Shown one piece after another: positions 44,838 through 48,571 of a DNA stretch of 48,571 nucleotides. The notes under the pieces are model-generated. The model was not told where the DNA came from. It saw only the letters and a program-made list of their open reading frames with translations, and did no database searches. How positions within the stretch are numbered: position 1 is the first letter of the stretch; every line of letters begins with the position of its first letter. Origin of the DNA: an uncultured bacterium (GTDB lineage: Bacteria > Vulcanimicrobiota > CADAWZ01); contig CADAWZ010000002.1 of the NCBI GenBank assembly GCA_902791745.1, positions 1 through 48,571 on the forward strand, in the 5' to 3' direction. A program made the position numbers and the translations under genes.

Positions 44838-45410
44838 TTATTTAATAATTGTATCTATTAAACTATAGCCTTTTTGGCACTTATAAACTACATTAACTCT
44901 TCCAGTTGCTGCATTTACAAAAACCGAGAAGCCAAATCCTCTTGATTCCATATCCATTATAGCATCTTTGACATATATCGGTTTAGGATTTACCCGTCTG
45001 ATGAGTTTAACATCTTCTTCAAGACCTACATCTTCGAAGTCTTCGTCATTCTCTTCATCTACATCACCAAATGCAGGAATACCATCAGGTACTTCATACG
45101 GGATATTTTCGAGAGCTTTTACAGGTTTTCTTGTCGTTTTTTCTTTTTGTTTACGAAGCTGTTTTTCTAATTTTTCGACAGCACTATCTAATGAGGCATA
45201 CATATCTGCAGTCTTTTCTTCAGCTCTAAAATTGGCATTATTTGTGTGAATATTAATTTCAGCAATATGCCAACTTCTCTCTGTGCTGAAAGTTACATCA
45301 GCAGAAATAATCGAGTCAGAATACTTGTTGAGTTTACTGAGTTTTTTATCAGTATAATCTCTCAATGCTTCGGTTACTTCAAGATTTTTTCCTTTTACCG
45401 TAATTTGCAT
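44838..45410 (-). CDS. hpf: Ribosome hibernation-promoting factor, long form
   Basis: MQITVKGKNLEVTEALRDYTDKKLSKL (S30AE N-domain), an acidic linker and a C-terminal dimerisation domain (PKPIYVKDAIMDME...FVNAATGRVNVVYK). ATG at 45410 preferred (GGGGGtttgcgtATG) over the track's TTG at 45416. Confidence 0.92.
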   Translation of the reverse strand: MQITVKGKNLEVTEALRDYTDKKLSKLNKYSDSIISADVTFSTERSWHIAEINIHTNNANFRAEEKTADMYASLDSAVEKLEKQLRKQKEKTTRKPVKALENIPYEVPDGIPAFGDVDEENDEDFEDVGLEEDVKLIRRVNPKPIYVKDAIMDMESRGFGFSVFVNAATGRVNVVYKCQKGYSLIDTIIK

Positions 45411-45484
45411 ACGCAAACCCCCTTTTTTTTCCTTTTAATTGCCATTATTGGAAAAACACACTTTATAACTTCTACTACTTTTTT

Positions 45485-46342
45485 TTATATCCTTTTTTTT
45501 AAAAACTCTTTAAATAATATACCATTTTCTAAATCATTTAAATTATATAATCTATCCAAGATACAAAATGTCTCTTTTAAATTACCTTTTGCAGATTCCC
45601 AACCTTTTCCATCTGTAATCCACATAAATTTTACACCTGAAATCTCACTCACTTCTTCGGTAAGCATTTTAAAAGATCTCGCAATTTCGTTTAGTTTTGA
45701 GCCACCTGTTGAATAGAAATTTGTTTCGATTAAATAAATGTAATCAAAAGTTTTTACTACAAAATCAAATCTCTTTGTAGATGTCCCGCCTCCTGAAATA
45801 CTGTCGAGTGAAATTTTCCATTTTTCCTCTATTTCATCTAAATACATCTCTTTGTAATATTCAACACCTGTCTTTTTTATAAACATCTCAACAAGTTCTT
45901 CCATTTGATGACCGCCACGATTTTTTCGACCATTACTGTCAAGTCCGACCTCAACGCCTGTTATATAATCAACAAGATTATTTATTTTATGAGCAGATAA
46001 CAAGTCAAAAAGACCTGTTTTTTTCATAAAATAAATATAATCATCAACAGAATATTTCAACTTTTTAAAATCGAATAAAAAAGCTCCCCTATCATCTTGT
46101 GCATATATCTCATAATCTCTAACAGCGAGCAAAATTGGAATACATTTTAAAACTTCTGGGTATCTCGACAACAAATTTTTAAAATCTCTTTCAATATTTT
46201 GTGAAGCAATCAAAGAATTTAAAATATTAAGTTCAATTTTTATTGAATCAACATTTTTATGTACTTTATCAAAATCCACATAAAAACTATATTTATTTAT
46301 ACAATTCCTCATTGTAGAAAGCCAAGTATCAAAATCTCTCAT
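45485..46342 (-). CDS. Type II restriction endonuclease, DpnII/MboI family (predicted GATC)
   Basis: Colinear with R.DpnII as I recall it: FDxWLSTM, NLVDYITGVEVGLDSNGRKNRGG, KRFDFVVK, YLIETNFYSTGGSKLNEIARS, FMWITDGKGW, LYNLNDLE. Confidence 0.88.
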   Translation of the reverse strand: MRDFDTWLSTMRNCINKYSFYVDFDKVHKNVDSIKIELNILNSLIASQNIERDFKNLLSRYPEVLKCIPILLAVRDYEIYAQDDRGAFLFDFKKLKYSVDDYIYFMKKTGLFDLLSAHKINNLVDYITGVEVGLDSNGRKNRGGHQMEELVEMFIKKTGVEYYKEMYLDEIEEKWKISLDSISGGGTSTKRFDFVVKTFDYIYLIETNFYSTGGSKLNEIARSFKMLTEEVSEISGVKFMWITDGKGWESAKGNLKETFCILDRLYNLNDLENGILFKEFLKKRI

Positions 46343-47168
46343 AATTTGTTATTATAACCTCTCTACCTGTTCTCTTATCGGCTTTACTGTTTATATTTCG
46401 TTTAACATCTATAACATCAATATTATAATCATGATATAGTTCATAGACAAGTTCAACATCATTATTTGACAACATCAAATAAACGCCTTTTTTATCAAGT
46501 GTGTTAAATAATTTTGCAAGGCGTTTATGATCATCTAATGAAAAACCTGTTTTGGTGTAAGAAGTAAAATAAGATGTTTCTGAAACAGGTATATAAGGAC
46601 TGTCAAAATAAACAAAATCACCTTTTCTAACTCTTTTGCAAAATTCCTCAAAATCGAGATTTGAAATATCAACATTTCTTAAATATTTGCTTATATTTCT
46701 AATATTATCTTCATCTATTGAATTTATACCTGTTTTATTATTATATGGAACATTAAATAAACCACTTGCATTTACTCTATAAAGTCCATTGAAACAATGC
46801 TTATTTATCCAAATAAAAAGTGAAGCTAATTCGACATCAAATATATTATCAGATACTTTTTTATTGTATACATTTTTTAAAAACAAATAATATTCATTAT
46901 CACAACTAACTGAATCAAATGTTTTCACAAGAGAAATCAACTTATCGGCTTCATTTTTTATACTATTATATGTATTTATCAGTTGAGAATTTATGTCATT
47001 TATAAAAGCCTTTTTATGTTTAAGTGAAAACAAAACTGCTCCTCCACCAACAAAAGGCTCAAAATACCTCTTAATATCTTTAGGCAATCGCAATCTTATT
47101 TCATCAATTAACTGAGTCTTTCCCCCAGCCCATTTTATAAAAGGATTTAAACTTATATCTTTTTTCAT
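46329..47168 (-). CDS. N6-adenine DNA methyltransferase, Dam/DpnM (D12 class, predicted GATC)
   Basis: NPFIKWAGGKTQL, FEPFVGGGAV (AdoMet motif I), catalytic motif IV reading FDSPY (DPPY variant). Its 3' end overlaps the endonuclease start by 14 nt (ATGAGAGATTTTGA). Confidence 0.88.
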   Translation of the reverse strand: MKKDISLNPFIKWAGGKTQLIDEIRLRLPKDIKRYFEPFVGGGAVLFSLKHKKAFINDINSQLINTYNSIKNEADKLISLVKTFDSVSCDNEYYLFLKNVYNKKVSDNIFDVELASLFIWINKHCFNGLYRVNASGLFNVPYNNKTGINSIDEDNIRNISKYLRNVDISNLDFEEFCKRVRKGDFVYFDSPYIPVSETSYFTSYTKTGFSLDDHKRLAKLFNTLDKKGVYLMLSNNDVELVYELYHDYNIDVIDVKRNINSKADKRTGREVIITNYERF

Positions 47169-47190
47169 TTATTATTCCAAATTTATTTTA

Positions 47191-48571
47191 TTATTTTTTA
47201 TAAATATTTTTATCGAAAAGCACTGTAATGTCCCTAAATTTTTCACTTAATAATTTTTCCATTATTTGTGGATAATAATTTATCAATTTTTCAAGTTGGA
47301 TATTTTTTTCTTCTTTATTAAACAAAATCCATAATGCTCCATCTTCATTTAATCCTATTTCTCTTTCAGGATTTACATACAAAAGATTACGGAATGGTTC
47401 ATCATCAACTATTTTAATTTTGGTACCATTCAAAACAGCCATTGACCAAAACCATACATCATCACTTTTAGGATTTATTTTTGTAAATACATCTGCATTT
47501 AGGGCATCTTTATATAAAGAATTTGGAGGATAAAGAACTCCACCAGCTCCTGTAAAAAAATTATAAAAAGAAGGTTCTTTTTCAACGATACAATGTTCCC
47601 AATTATTATATGGAAGAATTTTTTTATTTTCTATTTTTATTTTATGAGCTCTATGACATACAACACAATCTTTATTATTTTCATATTCGTTATACAATTT
47701 TTCAAGCCAATTTTGAGGATAAAAAATATCATCGTCTGCAGTAACAATGATTGAATTTGGATATTCCTTCAATGAAGGTAACAATTTTTTAAATTGTTTT
47801 ATGTCTTTTGTATATTTAATAGTCAATCCATGTTTTGTAAATTCCAATAACTTTTTAGGCAAATCTTTATCCCTATTTGGAAATTGCTCTTCCCCAAGCA
47901 ATAATATTATTTTATTTGGTTTTAAACTTTGGATAAGAAGTGAATAAATACAATAATGAATATCATAAATCCTTGCAGGATATGATGTCAAAGAAACAAT
48001 AAGTTCAGGTTCTCTCTTTTCTGTAGTTATACCAAATGCTGATGATTCAAAATATTTTTCGATTTCAAAAGATATTTTTTCTTTATTTATTCCTTCTCTA
48101 TAAGTACGTAAAATATTTCTTTTAAAACTTTCTAAATCAACAATTCTTCTGTTCAATTTTTCAAAATCTTTTTTTGATTCAGCAAGTTTTACATCTGCCT
48201 CAGATTTTTTTCTGTTTAATTGCTCTAATTCAACAGATTTTTCATTTAATTTTTTCTCAAGATTATTATTTTCAATTTCAAATTTTTTATTTTTGTTTTC
48301 AAGAGTTTGATTTTCACTTTCAAGATTTTTTAGTTTTTCAAAAATAAAAGATAACTCTTCGTCTTTTCCAAATTTCAAATAATGTACTAATGGGCAAATA
48401 CCAGCAACTCTTACATCCGGTCTTTTATTTAGATATTCGTTGCCATCAAATTTAGCAGACGGATTTCTCCCCTCTTTCCAACCAAATTGCAAATAGTGTT
48501 TGATTGGATCAACTTTTGCTTTTTTAACATCTTCATTATTTGCCAAATAATATTCACTATCGAATAAATTT
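47191..48571 (-). CDS. Putative polysaccharide glycosyltransferase with N-terminal FDxxxYLxxNxDV...HYLxFGxxEGRNP repeats and a coiled coil (5' end probably outside the window)
   Basis: The frame stays open upstream of the track's TTG to the window edge (..NLFDSEYYLANNEDV..). This completes a first copy of the repeat seen again at FDGNEYLNKRPDV...HYLKFG. The C-terminal domain has LIVSLTSYPARI and VTADDDIFYP (DxD-type GT-A). Confidence 0.7.
   Translation of the reverse strand, partial: NLFDSEYYLANNEDVKKAKVDPIKHYLQFGWKEGRNPSAKFDGNEYLNKRPDVRVAGICPLVHYLKFGKDEELSFIFEKLKNLESENQTLENKNKKFEIENNNLEKKLNEKSVELEQLNRKKSEADVKLAESKKDFEKLNRRIVDLESFKRNILRTYREGINKEKISFEIEKYFESSAFGITTEKREPELIVSLTSYPARIYDIHYCIYSLLIQSLKPNKIILLLGEEQFPNRDKDLPKKLLEFTKHGLTIKYTKDIKQFKKLLPSLKEYPNSIIVTADDDIFYPQNWLEKLYNEYENNKDCVVCHRAHKIKIENKKILPYNNWEHCIVEKEPSFYNFFTGAGGVLYPPNSLYKDALNADVFTKINPKSDDVWFWSMAVLNGTKIKIVDDEPFRNLLYVNPEREIGLNEDGALWILFNKEEKNIQLEKLINYYPQIMEKLLSEKFRDITVLFDKNIYKK

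Noticed and set aside
45246-45716. 156-aa plus-strand ORF spanning the hpf start and the endonuclease 3' end
   Set aside because: It crosses an intergenic promoter region and is antisense to two well-supported genes.
44838-48571. hpf / R-M / glycosyltransferase region as a mobile genomic island
   Set aside because: There is no integrase, transposase, tRNA attachment site or flanking direct repeats visible in the window, and composition is similar to the surroundings. Only the R-M pair itself is plausibly horizontally acquired.

Overview
AT-rich (roughly 30% GC by eye) bacterial chromosomal segment in the standard code (TGG = Trp; TAA, TAG and TGA all used as stops). It is densely coding, with about 42 CDS. 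I found no rRNA, tRNA, CRISPR array, transposase, integrase or prophage genes. Recognisable housekeeping content: endonuclease III, a DnaQ-like exonuclease, ribosomal protein L28, a nucleoside-salvage operon (deoB-punA-pdp), a biotin-dependent transcarboxylase pair (5S subunit fused to a biotin carrier, plus 12S), long-form HPF and YigZ. The only classical accessory element is a DpnII/MboI-type (GATC) type II restriction-modification pair. The rest is an unusual set of large repeat or low-complexity proteins. These include two giant Hanks-type Ser/Thr kinases (one with a TPR solenoid, one zinc ribbon + WD40) and a zinc-ribbon FHA protein. There is also a 1121-aa TPR/coiled-coil/acidic protein, a J-domain-TPR protein and paired DUF3857/transglutaminase-like secreted proteins (one with an intact Cys-His-Asp triad, one without). 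There is no canonical defence or mobile system beyond the R-M pair. The best candidates for something undescribed are: (1) a protein that is about 28% methionine over its first 160 residues, fused to an NlpC/P60-type hydrolase with no signal peptide; (2) an orphan acetyl-CoA-synthase A-cluster-domain homologue that keeps the 4Fe-4S cysteines but has lost the CGC nickel site; (3) a four-gene NfeD-NfeD-(SPFH-only)-flotillin module with a recent tandem duplication; (4) an anthrax-lethal-factor-like HExxH protein with a disordered N-terminus and a C-terminal glycine zipper. All domain calls come from motif recognition by eye and from recalled family sequences. None has been verified by a search.
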